NCBI RefSeq assembly: GCF_018350175.1
Contig: NC_058368.1
Location: forward strand, 206,832,001 to 206,896,000
Source: Felis catus
Lineage: Eukaryota
Length of the DNA stretch: 64,000 nucleotides
Direction: 5' to 3'
In this document: positions 38,922 to 52,340 of the stretch, in pieces
Numbering within the stretch: the first letter of the stretch is position 1
Layout: the number at the start of each line of letters is the position of its first letter
Position numbers and translations under genes: made by a program
The notes under the pieces: model-generated
What the model was told of the DNA's origin: nothing
Databases searched by the model: none
Seen by the model: only the letters and a program-made list of their open reading frames with translations

Positions 38922-39360
38922 CATCTTAGTGGTTTAAAACAACAAAAATCTATTGTCTCATAGTTCTGGAAGCCAAAAGGCAGAAATTAAGGTGTTGTCA
39001 GAGCCATACTCCATACAGAGTCTCTGGAGAAGAACCCAGTCCTGACTTTTCTGGCTTATGATGGATGCTCACCATTTCCTGGTTTGTGGTTGTATCGCTC
39101 CAATCCCTTCATCTTTATGTTGCCTTCTTCTCTGGTGTGTTTAATCCACCTCTGTGCCTCTCTTAGAGGATACTTGTGTTGGAATTTAGGGCCCACCTGA
39201 ACAATCCAGGATAAATCACTTATCTCAAGATCCTTAATTTAATCGCATCTCTTGCCATATAAAATAATATTTACTATTTTGTCACATAATATTCATAGAT
39301 TCTAGGGCTTAAGAAGTAAATATATCTTTGAGAAGCTATTTTTTTTCCAGCTTACCATAG
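38920..39360 (-). mobile_element. MLT1C/MLT1B-like MaLR LTR
   Basis: 'ttagtggtttaaaacaacaaaaatctattgtctcatagttctggaagcc', 'ggaatttagggcccacctgaacaatccaggat', 'tctcaagatccttaatttaatcgcatct'. Confidence 0.85.
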
Positions 39361-39789
39361 TCACTCTTGGGATCAAATGGACCACCTAGAGAGTTTGAGT
39401 GACTATGTTTCTCTCCAAATTTCTGTGTAAGTGAAATTAACTATATTTCATAAAAGATAAAAACCTGGATTCATACCACAACATTAATTAATATGGAAAA
39501 ATAAAATATGTTTGGTTTCTTTACATTTTAGCTGATTTCATTGTCTTTGTCACCTATATTGCATATAATTGTAGAAATACATAATTCATTCATTTAAAAA
39601 AACTATGCACCAACTATGCTCTATAGACATGATGCTTGGCCCTGGAATGCAGAAATAAATATAAGGCATGGTTCCTTTCACTGATTAGCCTATAATCTAG
39701 ATAAGAAGATAGTTGTATCATCAGTTCATTCAACTTCTACATGCTACTATATAGTTAGGTCATGGATTCTGTCTTTTAATCCATACTAC

Positions 39790-39940
39790 CACTCTTTTAG
39801 TTTCATATTTTTTATTCCCATTTTAGAGAGAAGAGAACCAAAACAGTTATTAGCGGAAGACTATACACACAGTAGGAGATAGAGCTTGGGTTTAAACTCA
39901 AGCATTCTAGTTTTCGAGCTCGAGCTATCAAACACTGCCT
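39790..39940 (-). mobile_element. MIR
   Basis: 'attcccattttagagagaagagaac...ggagatagagcttgggtttaaactcaag'. Confidence 0.65.
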
Positions 39941-42900
39941 ATACTACACTGATTATTGATAGACTTACTCTTTAATGGTGTTTTTGAGTGAGCATTTTCC
40001 TTTTCTAAGTGTGATATAATTATTTCTTCTAGCTACGCTCAGACTTTTCTATGTGGCTTGAACTTTTCTGATGTTTGTCTCTTGGGTGTTAACGTTTATG
40101 AAAGTTCTATTGTGACTTGGATTGTATGAATTTGCCTTCATCCAGGAACTAATATAAACAAGAGTTTGGAGGCATTGCATCCTACTAGAGATACCTTTCT
40201 GTATTTCCCTTTAACTTAGATGTGGAAACTGATAACATAATATGGTGAGAAATTGTACTCTTGTAATGTAGCCTACAGATGCACCAATCATAAGGAAACT
40301 CCTGCATATTTGGTACTGACATATGGATTCACACATGGGTTGTTCTTCAGGCTCTGAGGGAACATTTAAGATGGTGCTCTCTTTGGGGTCTGAGAGGCCG
40401 ACCCTTCAATTCTCATTTTCACAATCTTAATCCATCTGCCTAAATGACAGTTAAATTTTCTTTAGATAACTGATAACATGAGGGGTCTTTTCTTTGACAG
40501 TACTTGTTATAATAGAGAATATTTCTTATAACTCTTTCTATCCACCAAATTATATTGACTGTTCATCAAATAGTTTTAGCAAGTATCAGATGACAAAAGA
40601 AAAGATGACAGATGTGGTGTAAAGGAATTTCCCAATATGCCTCGAAACGGATCAGTAATGTCACTAAGAGGTAGATTGTGAACAACAGTCAAGAAAATGG
40701 TTCAGTGGTGCTAGCAGCAACTTTTAACTCAAGCTGTGGTTTTACTCAAGTCTGGGCCAAGTATGCATTTTAGGAAGGCCACAGTTTAGTGGTGGCCCCC
40801 TCTGTCCCCAACCCATTCCAGCCTCTAGTGTGACAGTTTGCACGTTGGAAGCATCAGATTGGGTGAAGCTATGGTGGTAACTTTTTGTTTTCTCAGCTGG
40901 CTCTGCTTGAAGTTGTCATATCCAGAGTAACAATATTTTTCAGATCTCCTCATAAAAATGTCAGAGAACTAACAGCTATGCAATGTGGCTAATCATCACA
41001 GACCACAGGGTGTTGCTTTTACCTCACTAAGTATTTTAGTTGTAATTGGAAGTAGTAAACGACTCAGTTACTACCCCCTTCTTCAAATTATGTTTTCAGA
41101 TTTCCAGTCTCTCCTTCTCTCAAAGAGCTTTCAACACCTTTGATATGGTCTGAAAGGGAGGACTGTCTGGAATTCTTATTTTTTTGTCTTTGTGAAAACA
41201 ATTCCCTTTTAGCCACACAAATGAAAGAAAATGTGATCTGGTGTCATCAGCATATGTTACTGCAATATAAATAACTGTTCTGCAAGTGCTACCACTAAAT
41301 TCTCACTGAATATTTTTCTAGAACAATGCCTTCCCTCTTTCAAGAATAAAGTGGTCTGGATATTGGAACTTTTACTTTGGAAAATCCTATTCCCTGATGT
41401 CTGCAAGAAAACTTTCTCTCCAATCCCATGAGGTTTTATACTGGGTAAAATTCTAGTCTCCCTCTCCATCCTTGTCATTCACTCAAGAATGGAAAACTTT
41501 TTCTCCCTTTCTTATCATCTCTAGCTTCCTGTCTATTTTTATTGTTATCTCTTCCTCTCACCCCTTTTTCCTCTCCCTGCCCCAGACCCCTCTCTCCACT
41601 ACCAAAGCAGCATACTCTCAAGCAGAATGTGCTATTTTTGCCTATTTCCAATTATCTAACAGGAAACCACATTTGGAGAAGGCCTAACCTATTGGAACCC
41701 TTCTTTCTGGAAGGCCTAAGGTTAACTCAAACTTCTATGGCTGCCGCTGGGGAATAAGTTGAATTTGAGTTGGGAGGTAGAGCTTATTTTCTACTTCAGC
41801 TTTATAAGAAAACATGGTTGTTGTTACACTTTGATTTCTCATTTAAACTCTTGGGTGTACCTTTTAGTAGTTGGAACTCCAGGAGATAAAGGGTGAAAAA
41901 TTAGGTATCTCTAACCTCCAGTCTCCAGAAGCAATACAGTTGGAAGTGGTTGCCTGAAGAATGATTCAGGAGCTGTGTATTAATCTGCCCTCGAGGTAGA
42001 GGGTTTAGATGCTTTGTAAACAAAAATCAATCAATCAATCAAAAGAATATCCGTCACTATATCATCCATACACTTGTTCTAAGATAAGCACTTCTTTCTC
42101 AGTATAAAGCTTCATAGACTTGAGGAGAGATTTCCCCTTGGTTATTTTAATGTGAAAATATGTAGTCTCCTGTTGATCAAAATGTATGCCACCTTCTATG
42201 GTCAGCTGCAACTGTAGCAATTCAACCAAGTGGTTAATATACTTCTAAAACCTCCACGTCTCCCTTATTTTTCATTCTTGCTTTCTCTGTGCATGTCTGT
42301 GTTTGCCTTTGAAATGTAAATAAGAGAATTTCTTTCCCCAAAGTGGTTCGCTTTAAACCTTAGTCTATTTAATTATCTCTATGATTCAGTTAGGTGTGGC
42401 TATCAATTGTCAATGATCTTAACAATCTTACCTAGTTTATTCTGACATTATCTCCATATCTTTTCAAGAGGAAAGAAGTGACTAGAAGCTATAAATCCAG
42501 ACATATCAATGGGTTATTAGTTTGGTCTATTTGATACAAAGCCTCTCATTTCATGGTTAAATTCTTTTGCACACAATCAAATCTCTTGTGAACAAATTTG
42601 GAAAAGACAACAATGATAATTTAGGGGCAGAAACTATGGTTGGTGGTCATCCAATGATTGGGATTGAAAATCTGTGGTAGTAAAGTTTTGGTTAGAGTTT
42701 GTTTGCCAAGTGGAAATGGACATGATTATCCTGCATTAATTGTGTCTGCAAAGTCTCTCATCCATGTTACTTCTACATAGTGTGCTTTAAATTATCTACT
42801 AGGATTTGATAGGGATATTTTATATTTTTTCTCTATTTCAGAATCTTCTGTTTTCTGTTTAGGGTATCATTTAACCATGTCCCCCCCCCCCTTATTTCCA

Positions 42901-43074
42901 GTAATGGTTGTAATCACAGCAGTATATATTATTGTGAGCACCTCTGGTAGTTTGGTTGTTCAAAATACTTGCTTCTCTTCCCTAGAAGGATTATATTTTA
43001 AGGTTCTTTTTTGCCAGAGGGTTTTACTTTTCTGTCCTCTCGAATTCATGCTTGCTCTGGACAGTACATTGTGA

Positions 43075-43270
43075 GTAGAATTGATGTGGGATATTTCTGA
43101 CCAGAAGTTTTATGAATCAGCTCATAGCTGTCATGATCTTTTCTCCCTACCAAATCCAAGATAGAGGCTATCCTCAGTCTATGTGAGCAAGAGATAAACT
43201 GTTAGAAGCCACTGACATCCTTCAAGTTGTTTGTTACTCTAGAAACCTGTAGACTAAGCTGACTAATAAA
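43075..43270 (+). mobile_element. MLT1 (H/I/J-like) LTR 3' part
   Basis: 'agagataaactgttagaagccactgac...gttgtttgttact...ctgactaata'. Confidence 0.65.
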
Positions 43271-43860
43271 CCCTTTGACTTAGCAATTATACCTCTGGGA
43301 ATTTATTCTTAGCAACAACATTACAAGTAGATAAACATGCAGGATTAGAGACGTTCATCATACTGTTGTAAAAATATCAAAAAATTAGAACAAAACATAT
43401 TAACAGTGATTTCATTAAATAATGACATATCCACACAATGGAAAACTATGCAGTCATTAAAGCTTGATGACATATATGGGGCACCTGGGTGGCTCAGTAG
43501 GTTGGACATCTGACTTCGGCTCAGGTCAGTTTGTGAGTTCGAGCCCCGAGTCAGGCTCTGTGCTGACAGCTGTCTCTCTCTCTCTCAAAAATAAATAAAC
43601 GTTAAAAAATAAAAAAAAAAACTTGATGACATATATTTGCATATACATATATACGTTTTTATATCTATATACATATTTATACCTATATCTGTATAATATT
43701 ATCATGGAAGGATATCTAAAATATATTGCTAAGTGACAAATGAGGCTATAAAATTATATATTGTGAATGATTCTATATTAGCACAATGGTATTCATCAAA
43801 AGCATGTATACAGAGCAGTAAAAACTATTTATAGAAGTAGAACCAATATAATAAAATCAA
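43271..43860 (+). mobile_element. L1ME-like 3' fragment
   Basis: 'ctttgacttagcaattatacctctgggaatttat...caatggaaaactatgcagtcattaaa'. Confidence 0.75.
43478..43621 (+). mobile_element. Can-SINE with two internal deletions
   Basis: TSD cttgatgacatatat at 43463 and 43622. Confidence 0.93.
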
Positions 43861-44464
43861 AGACAGGCCAAAAGAGAAAAGAAGTCATAAAATTATGTGG
43901 GGAAAACTTATGGGCATATGTAGAATAAGTTATGTGCTCTGCCGTTAACTCTACCTTTTAAATACCATACAGAAGTACAGAAGGGCGTGCTGTTAGTTGT
44001 TAATGCTCTTTCTTCCTCCCCTACTTACTGCTTTTGTGAAGACAAGCTATAGGTGCAATTTAGATGCAATACATCTTTAAACATGAGCCTAAACATCAAT
44101 AAGTTGAATGATGAAGCTAAAATCAACTCTAGGGTAATTGATGATTTAAATCAGAGTGTAACACAATAAATATCCCTCGAGGCTCTACTATCCACAAAAC
44201 AGCAAAATTCTCTGTCTTATTTCCTCTTTATTGTTTCCTTGTTTTCTATTTATTCTTTACTTATTACTGTATCCCCAAATTTTATCAAAATCACAAAAGT
44301 TACTCAATAAAACACTTGCTGGTTGAATTACTGATCTGACTTTTTCTAAAACTTCTATCTCTTTCTTTATACTTATCCAAATCTTCTCAAACACATCTTC
44401 TGAATTCGATGGCTTAATTTTTGATCACACACACCATGGCATGGAACCATATGGTCGGTTGACT

Positions 44465-44960
44465 GTAGTGCTTGCTGCCATGGCCTGTGCTTATCCTGGG
44501 CCTGTTTGCCCTCAGATCCTTCCTTCTTTGGTTCTCTTGTGTATTGAGGGAAAGCTGAACCCTATGAGCTGCAATTCCCAGGCCCCCAGAACAGCTGGCT
44601 TCTCACTGGGATTGGCCAAGAGGAGCCCCATAGAATACTTGAGAATGAACCAAAGAAAAAGCCAGGATACTCCTTTCCCTTCTGTTCTACCTGAGCAGCA
44701 TTTTGCTGTGTAGCTCTGTGACTCCAGCTTCTCTTGATCAGGCCCACTGGGTTGCAGATTCCGCTGAGTGACTCTGGCTCTAGAGTTCAAAAAACATTGT
44801 CTTCTCATGTGAAGCCTCCAGCCTAGGGATTTTGGTGACTTCCTTCTGTTAATCTCTGGGTAGCCTCAGTCTTTCATTACCTGTGCAGCTAATCCCCTGT
44901 GTTAAGTATCTTCCAGTATGAGTAATTAGTGTCTTTTTCTTATTTGCAACTCAACATTAA
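44465..44960 (+). mobile_element. LTR33-family ERVL solo LTR
   Basis: 'gctgaaccctatgagctgcaattcccagg', 'gggattggccaagagg', 'cctccagcctaggg', 'taatctctgggtagcctca' are colinear with LTR33. Confidence 0.8.
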
Positions 44961-45669
44961 AAGTTATCAGTTATTTTGTTTGAAATATGATTTGCTGTTA
45001 TAATGAGGGAGAAATGAGATTTGATTTATTATATTTTTTAATAAATTTACACTAGAAATCAAACTTTAAAGGAATACTCTTTCAGGGACTCAGCATGGTC
45101 ATAGTGATTATACTTACATGATTCTGAATAAGTAGAACTGCTTTGTGGAAGCAAAACCATAGTTTTTTTTCTAAAGGTGCCATTGGTGCTGTGGACATGA
45201 TTTGTTACATATGAGGCAGAGATGACACTTTCCAGTGGTATGAAAGGCAGCACTGTCTAAAGAAAAGCCAATGGCAGCTGAGGCAAGACCTTCATTTCTC
45301 TGTATGTGTGGTCCTTGCAAATCTATGAAGGGTCTCAAATTCTCACTGATCACCATCGTCCTTGTCTTCGTCTCTCCTTTCCTCCACTTGGGAAGATGTG
45401 AATTCTACTTCCAGACCATAAACCCAGGGCCACATCTCTAGGTCTTTAGCCACACACCTGAGAGATTTTATTTCTGCATTTGATTCCTGCAGTCCTTGAA
45501 CTTCAGATTATAATTAATATTTTCTCTGAAAAAGAAGTAAACATCAACAGGTATGAGATGTGCCCTATCTCTGTACACAGCACATACTTCATGTGATGAT
45601 TTTACCCTCAAATTTGTAATGATGTGTCTCAGGAAAGAGTAATGAAGTAAAACACTACTTACACTTGGA

Positions 45670-45925
45670 AAGGCAGTGTTATATAATGGTTAAGAACTTG
45701 GGCATGTGGATTTGGATTCCTACTTTGCTCTTTAACTAGCTCTGAGAACTTGTACAAGTTGCTTCAAATCACTAAGTCTTCATTTTGTCATCTATAAAGT
45801 AGAGATGAAAAGACTTACAATACCTAAGAGGTATCTTTAAGGATTAAATCAATTATCACATGAATAACTTAGAGTAGTACCTGGAATATTGGAACATAGT
45901 AAACACGCAAGGCACGTAAGTAATG
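45670..45925 (+). mobile_element. MIR
   Basis: 'atataatggttaagaacttggg...tttgtcatctataaagtagagatg...ggattaaat'. Confidence 0.8.
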
Positions 45926-46419
45926 ATGATAATCTTCATTAACATGGTGGTGGTGATGGTGATGCCCATATAACAGACTCTAATAAGACTGATTTAAAAT
46001 AGGTAGGTATGGCCTGGTGTATTTTAAGTACTTTGCTGAAACTGGCATATAATTGTCAGCATATTTCTATATATGAGTTTTTATGTATTTATCTTGTTTA
46101 TAGAATGATGTCCACAGAATACGTAGGACCCTTTCAGAAAAAAGGTTATAACCAAATAAGGTCCTGTTTTCTCTTGTTTGTCTTAAGTCAAATAGAATCT
46201 ATTGAAGGACCTGGAAAACAATAGCAGAGCCAGTGCAGTGCTCCTGAAAATGTCAAACCAACCTCTCAAGGCAATAAAACACTCCCTTGTCTATTCACAG
46301 TGTTCTTCTAGGTATAATACATTGCAGAAAATCACATTCAGTCATGAGTAGCCTCTTCTTTATGTGGCCTTATAGTACAATATAAGAAAATGGGCAGTTT
46401 CTTTCCATTTAAAGATACG

Positions 46420-47110
46420 TTTCCCACCTTCTCCTTAAAGCTCCTCAAATTCTATCTGATTTGAAGAATAAAGCAGCCACCCAAAGATTTTACATATTCT
46501 GAGTTCAATCTGACTTAAATTCATATATTCTGATATCTTACCCAGTTGGCCTCTCTTTCCTCATTTCTTTTGCAATTTCATCTTCCTGAACTTTAAATAA
46601 TGTGGTTTCCTAAGATTCTCTCCTAGGCTTTCTTCACTTACCACTCCATGTTTTCTTTCCCCAGCTGATCTAGGGTAGCCACACCATAGTCACCTCTGTA
46701 CAGACGGCTCAAGCTTTTGTATTTTAACACAACTTCTGAACTCTGGACCATCTATTCCACTAATAACATTTATATTAGTATACTTTCTATGTACTTCAAA
46801 ATAAATAAGCCCACAAAAGTTTTTGTTATCTTCCCTAAATGTTTTTTTCATTATTTTTTATTTCACTGAATGGTAGCAAAATCCACAAGTTTTACAAGTC
46901 AGAAACCTCATTGTTTTATTCTCCTTACCCTCATATCTAAATAATCATGACATCTTGTTGATATTATACTGATACTTCCCAATTATTTTATTAATTTATC
47001 TACTTCCTTCTCTACTGCCTTCTCTAACTCTACTCTGGTCAAAGTTAACCATCATCTTTCCTCAACAACCCACTTCTGGTCTCCTATCTGTTCTAACTTT
47101 CACATAGCAG
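46420..47110 (+). mobile_element. L2 fragment
   Basis: Pyrimidine-rich, L2 ORF/3'-like ('caagtcagaaacctc', 'tctactctggtcaaagttaaccatcatct'). Confidence 0.6.
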
Positions 47111-47119
47111 CCACACATC

Positions 47120-47530
47120 TTTTCTTTTTTTTTTTAACTTTAACTTCTTATATTGAAGTAATTATAGGTTCATAGGAGCTTATAAAGAAATGTACAGAGA
47201 AGTCCTATGCATCGTTCCCTTAGCCTCCACCAATACTAATGTCTTATACAGCCNNNNNNNNNNNNNNNNNNNNNNNNNNNNNNNNNNNNNNNNNNNNNNN
47301 NNNNNNNNNNNNNNNNNNNNNNNNNNNNNNNNNNNNNNNNNNNNNNNNNNNNNNNNNNNNNNNNNNNNNNNNNNNNNNNNNNNNNNNNNNNNNNNNNNNN
47401 NNNNNCTATGTAAATTTATGTAACCACCACCACAATCAAAATGCCAGACGATGCAATCACAAGACGACCTCACGTTACTCCTTTATGATCCTACCCATCC
47501 CCTCCTGTGTATCTAATTCCTAAGAACCAC
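47120..47530 (-). mobile_element. L1MC-like 3' end
   Basis: T-rich tail, then 'attgaagtaattataggttcatagg...gtacagagaagtcctatgcatcgttccc' and 'gtaaccaccaccacaatcaaaat'. Confidence 0.8.
47254..47405. other. Assembly gap (152 N)
   Basis: N run. Confidence 0.99.
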
Positions 47531-47665
47531 TAACGTGCTTCCACAGAACCTTGCCAGCACCTTGATCTTGGATTTCTAGCCTTCAGGACTGTGAGAAACA
47601 AACGTCTGCTGTTTAAGCCACCTAGTCTATGGTATGTTGTTATAGCAACCTGATCAAACTGATAC
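47531..47665 (+). mobile_element. MLT1 (C/D-like) LTR 3' end
   Basis: 'gccagcaccttgatcttggatttctagccttcaggactgtgagaaacaaacgtctgctgtttaagccacctagtctatggtat...aactgataca'. Confidence 0.88.
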
Positions 47666-47669
47666 AGGC

Positions 47670-48350
47670 TCCTTACTCACTCCCTGCTGGTATCACCTAC
47701 AGGTATAGAGGGTACTTCTCTGGGCCACCTGGTGTCACTGGTCCAGGTTCTGCAAGGAGATAGAAGAGCAGAAGCCGCTGGCTGGACCCTCTTATGATGC
47801 TGGGTGCAGGGCGGGGAGATGCAGGCTTCTTGCCGATGCTGCCCCTGCCAAGGACAGAATTGCCACTGGAAACTGGGTGTACAGTGAGGACTGGGATGGT
47901 TGGGGCTTCCTACCAGTCCTGCTGCCAGTGGATCAGGAATCTGCTGCCAGGTCCAGATTGTAGAACGAGGATGGGGAGTCTTCCCCAGGTCTCTGTTGTG
48001 CCTTCCTTTCCAAGATGTTGGCCAGGAAGACAAACAAGCTTGTCTTTTTGTTTGTTTTGTTTGACCTATGTCTATTGGTGTTTCTGTGTCTTAGACCCCT
48101 CCTGTGTCCAATCTGGGAGCATACGAAAGATAAAAGGAAAACTCAGGAAATTTTACCATGTGGTTACTCCTCATGTCTTAAGGTTCCTAGCAGCTTGCCC
48201 TCTTCCTTCCCAGCCTCCCTTCCTAGTGCTATTGGCACTTGCAGCTTACTTTTGGAGTCCTTTTCTTATAGATGCTTTCCTGGGTATTTCATTGCATTTA
48301 TAGAGGAGCACAGGAGAACTTACTCTACATTGTCTTTCTTCAAAACAGGA
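47670..48350 (-). mobile_element. Ancient L1M (MC/MD-type) 5' end
   Basis: 'aaaaggaaaactcaggaaattttaccatgtgg...taaggttcctagcag' resembles the antisense of an L1M 5'UTR start. Confidence 0.7.
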
Positions 48351-48449
48351 AACAGAATAATCTTTTAAGAAAGTAAATCTCTTTTGATTGCTTTATCCCT
48401 TTGTTAACATCATTATAGGCCATTGATAGGCTTTTTTCATTCCAGTGAC

Positions 48450-48875
48450 ATGATCTTCTTTCAGATTCTTGAATACACTGTATTTCATTTCTACTTCGAT
48501 ACTTTCTACTGCTCTTCTGTCTGCTCAGGATAAGTTTTCTTCTCCATTAACAACCTTCCACCTTCTTCACTCAGGAACACTTTCACTCTGTTAATTCCCG
48601 TTCATCTTTTAGGACTCAGCTCAAACAGCATTTCATCAAGGTCTTCTCTGACTCATCTTACCAGATCAGATCCTCTTATTTTACGATGTCAAAGCCACTC
48701 TGTTCTCCTCTGTGTTCATTCATTACAATTAGAATTGAATAAATGATTGCGTAATTGGTTGTTTAGTATCTCTATCCATTGCCGGAATGCAAATTCTTAG
48801 GACCAGGATCTATCTTGTTCATCACCGTTCCCCCAGTGTTCACCAAATACCTGACTGCATAAAATTTGTTCATTA
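48450..48875 (+). mobile_element. L2 3' end
   Basis: 'ttcatcttttaggactcagctcaaa...cttaggaccaggatctatcttgttcatcaccgttcccccagtg'. Confidence 0.8.
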
Positions 48876-50339
48876 CTTAAATTTTTAAAATTCCATATGT
48901 ATCTGGAATTTTCTCTTTTCCAAAGCCTTTGCAGTCATTAATTAGATAATTATCAAAATGATCTTGAAAGTTCAAGGAATCAAATATGGCACAGTACTTA
49001 GGATGCAGTTGTTCTCTTCTCAAAGCTCTGTCTGAGGAAATTCCTCCCTCCCAAAAGGGAGAGTTTGTAGCAAAAGTATCTGTTTTTCTTCTCATGGAAG
49101 GTCAATAATTTAGTTCTAAAGAGCAGCATTCACTACTTTCTTCCATAGTTATTTATTCCAATTAACTAGGCATCGAGTAAGATGCTGGAGAGACAGTGAG
49201 TGGTGAGCAAGATGGAACACAGTTCTTTGATGTAACTTGGGGTTGGGAAATACAGAGATTATCTGCATGGAGAAACCATGAAGACCAACAGCTATGGGCT
49301 TTCTTACTTGAAAAATTGGTTTTAGGTTTAATGTTTCTAATTCTTATACAACTGAAAAAAAAAAAAGAAAAATTATTTCTCCAATGAACAGCAGAGTTAA
49401 GAAAAAAAGCAGCATGTTAGAAGCATAATATTAAGATGTCCATAAGCCAGTAATTTTCCCCAAATCTGTAGGGGATTTGGTGCATTCTGTTTGGATTAGT
49501 TACTTCATAATACAGGAAGAGAATCTCAAGCAACAATGTGTTGCACAATGTTATTCAGGAACTCCCACGTAAAAAGTAATGCCACCACCAATGTAAAGTT
49601 GCTTTTATTTCCTTTGCAGAGTTTATAAACTGAATTTTTGTTCCAGTAAATACACTGCACCAGTAGTTATAAGTAGAGAGGAAGTGATAGTTCCCTAGCA
49701 TTTCCTAACATTAAATAAAACAAAATTCCAAATCCTCAAAGATTGTTGCCATCTTTCCTTCAGTAATAAATAAGTTAACCTCGGTTCACTTGTTTGCTAG
49801 CATTCCAGTGAGAAGGATAGATTCTAGCATTTCACTCTTTTAATCTTGACATTCAAAACGTGGTTGAAAACGATGTTGATGCTCAGCATATTTTCTTAGG
49901 TTGGTATTTCAGATGGTAGCCTTTCTATCTTTGTTAGAATTATGTTAACCATGGTAGATATTTCATACTGGTTGTTTTAAAGAGACACTGATCCCATTTA
50001 AGATCATTATAACAGACTTTTGATTCTGCTATAATCTTAAATAATCCATCGACTGAAAATGAATAATTTGATTCTTTTTCTGCCCCTGAATTTATAGATT
50101 GTGTGAATTTACAGATTAAATAAAATCAGTTAATAGTGTAAAAAAATTTGTACTGAAAACTTAGTTTATTGGACTTAAGGATGCTATTCAGTCATATCTT
50201 CTTCCTTATTCTAAGTTTGGAGTCAGAGTCATTCAAATGGAGGTCAAAGTGGCAACTAAACTGTGTGGCTTAAATGTATGACCACAAGCAGAATTTCTCT
50301 TACCTTGATCTTAATCTAGACCTTAAGGTGGTCTATTCA

Positions 50340-51295
50340 AGTATGGTTGTTTTAAAATTAGGTGCACAGATTCTTTGACATCCCTCCCTTCAGAAAGTGG
50401 AATCTAATTCTCCTCCCCTTGAGTATGGATTCAGTGACTTGCTTCTAAAAAGGAAAATATGACAGAAGTGATGATGCATTCTTTTGACAGTCATAAAAGG
50501 CATTGTTGCTTTCTCCTTGTTCTTTCTCTTAGACTGCTCACTTTGGGGAAGGCAGCTGTCCTGTCATGAGGACCCTCAATTAATCTGTAATGAGATCCAT
50601 ATAGTAAGGAACTGGGGCTTCCTCCCAATAGCTATGTAAGGAAGTCAGCTTGGAAGCAGAAACGTTGAGGAATCTGACTCCTGGTTAAAAGCGTGTGTAT
50701 GATTCATTTGGGCCTAATCATAGGCAATTGTGAAAGCTTTACATGGCAGGCCTCATGGGAGAAAGCTACCCTCTCCAGTCCAGACCTGCTGCATAGTCAG
50801 TGCCTTGTAGTCTCTAAACTCTAAGAGGAGTTGCAGCCAAGGACTTAGGCTCCCTGGACAGCCATGTTCTTCACATATTTGCATTCCTAGCCCTGGTGGG
50901 CACCTTCATTCCAAGGTCTCCTTATCTGAGGCCTTAGGCAGAGGTCCTCATTAGGTGCCTCTGGGGGTCCTCCTTATTAGTAGGCAGGGGGAGAGGAGGA
51001 GGAAACCTCAAAGACACTTTTCTCTACACTAACTTAGTACTCAGTACTTTCCCAGTCCTAAATCCCTGCACACCCCCCCCACCCCCATCCCCTGACCACA
51101 GGATTCATAAAAGTACCAGAGCCTTTTGTTTGGGGTTCACCCCACAGTGACATGACCCCAACTTCTACTCTGGTCCACCTGACCCTTGACTTATGTGCCA
51201 TTCTGTGTGGAGAAATGGAACAAGTTTCCAGATGACTGCAGGCCTGACCAACAGCTTGACTACAATCTCATGGGAGACCTTGAAGGGAGGCTTCT
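50340..51295 (+). mobile_element. MLT1F-like MaLR LTR, interrupted at 50663-51222
   Basis: 'tctttgacatccctcccttcagaaagtggaatctaattctcctccccttgag', resuming at 'cagatgactgcaggcctgaccaacagcttgactacaatctcatg'. Confidence 0.8.
50663..51222 (+). mobile_element. ERV LTR nested in MLT1F (MER73/MER74-like, tentative)
   Basis: LTR-like composition, TATA-like 'ttcataaaag' followed by 'gccttttgtttggggttc'. Splits the MLT1F. Confidence 0.6.
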
Positions 51296-52039
51296 CTAAG
51301 GAAGCAATAATTAAAATCAGATTTTAAAAGAATAAGAGCTAACTAAATGAAGTAGAAAAGGTGTTGATAGGTGAGAGGTGCCCCAGACTAAGGAAAAGCA
51401 TGCACTTACCCAGAATCCCTGCTTCATAACTATGAAGCTTCCATAAGACAGAAAAAAAGCACGAGCCAAAATGTCTATAGAACGATGAACTAGGCACTGA
51501 CTCTATGTGTCTTCTTTTTGGAAGCAGAAAGTACACAGTGAATTCTGCTTTTTGGCGGGAAGTGTCCAAAGAGAGAGAAGAAAAGGCTGAATTGTTTATG
51601 GTCAGCTTCTTCTGTCAGTCTCATCCTCAGAAGAGTCCTACCTTTTCTTCAGAGGGGGCAGATAAGGGGAAACCACTACAAAAAGGGAACAAAATCAGGT
51701 CTTAGTGAAGTTGCGTTTTTCCACATTACAATCATCAACATCTCGGGGAAAACTTACAGGTCAGAAAAGCAGCAAATGTTACTATGATATTTGGGGCACC
51801 AATGATTATGATGCTTAGCAGGGTAAAAAAATGAAGTGTTTGGTGATAAGATTATGGGCATGCTCCTTTGTCAGGAATAAAATGTTAAATTAAGTGCCAT
51901 CAGTTGATTTGTCTTCTATTTAATGATAGACATTAGTAATGAACTTGAAGGAGTAGAGAAAGATGTGAATTCCATAAAAGTACCTTTATCATTTCTTTAC
52001 ATTCTCTGGTCTTCATCTGTTACAAATACCACACTGAGC

Positions 52040-52340
52040 TTTTTATTCATTATATCCATTTAATAAACATATATTTGGGGACTACTATGTGTTGAGTCAC
52101 ATGCTAGACATGGTGGGCACGATGTTGAACAAAACAAAAAGATATTATTTTTGAAATTAAAAAGCTTATAATCTAGAAGGAAAGTTATCAATCAAATAAT
52201 TACAAAAAGTAAATATAAAATTACATTTGTAATAATTGCTAAGGACAGATGCATGGTACTGTGGTGACCACTAAGACAGGGAATTGACGTAGGTGGGAGG
52301 TGAGGGAAACTTTTCTAAAGAAACAATATTTGAATCTGAA
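52040..52340 (-). mobile_element. L2 3' end
   Basis: 'cattttaataaacatatatttggggactactatgtg'-like start, 'gatgttgaacaaaacaaaaa', 'cttataatctagaagg'. Confidence 0.75.

Noticed and set aside
47794-48303. Longest ORF in the window (169 aa)
   Set aside because: Antisense of an ancient L1M 5'UTR, with no protein-like features.
49598-49700. Strong acceptor cttttatttcctttgcag| at 49620
   Set aside because: No convincing donor nearby and stops in all frames.
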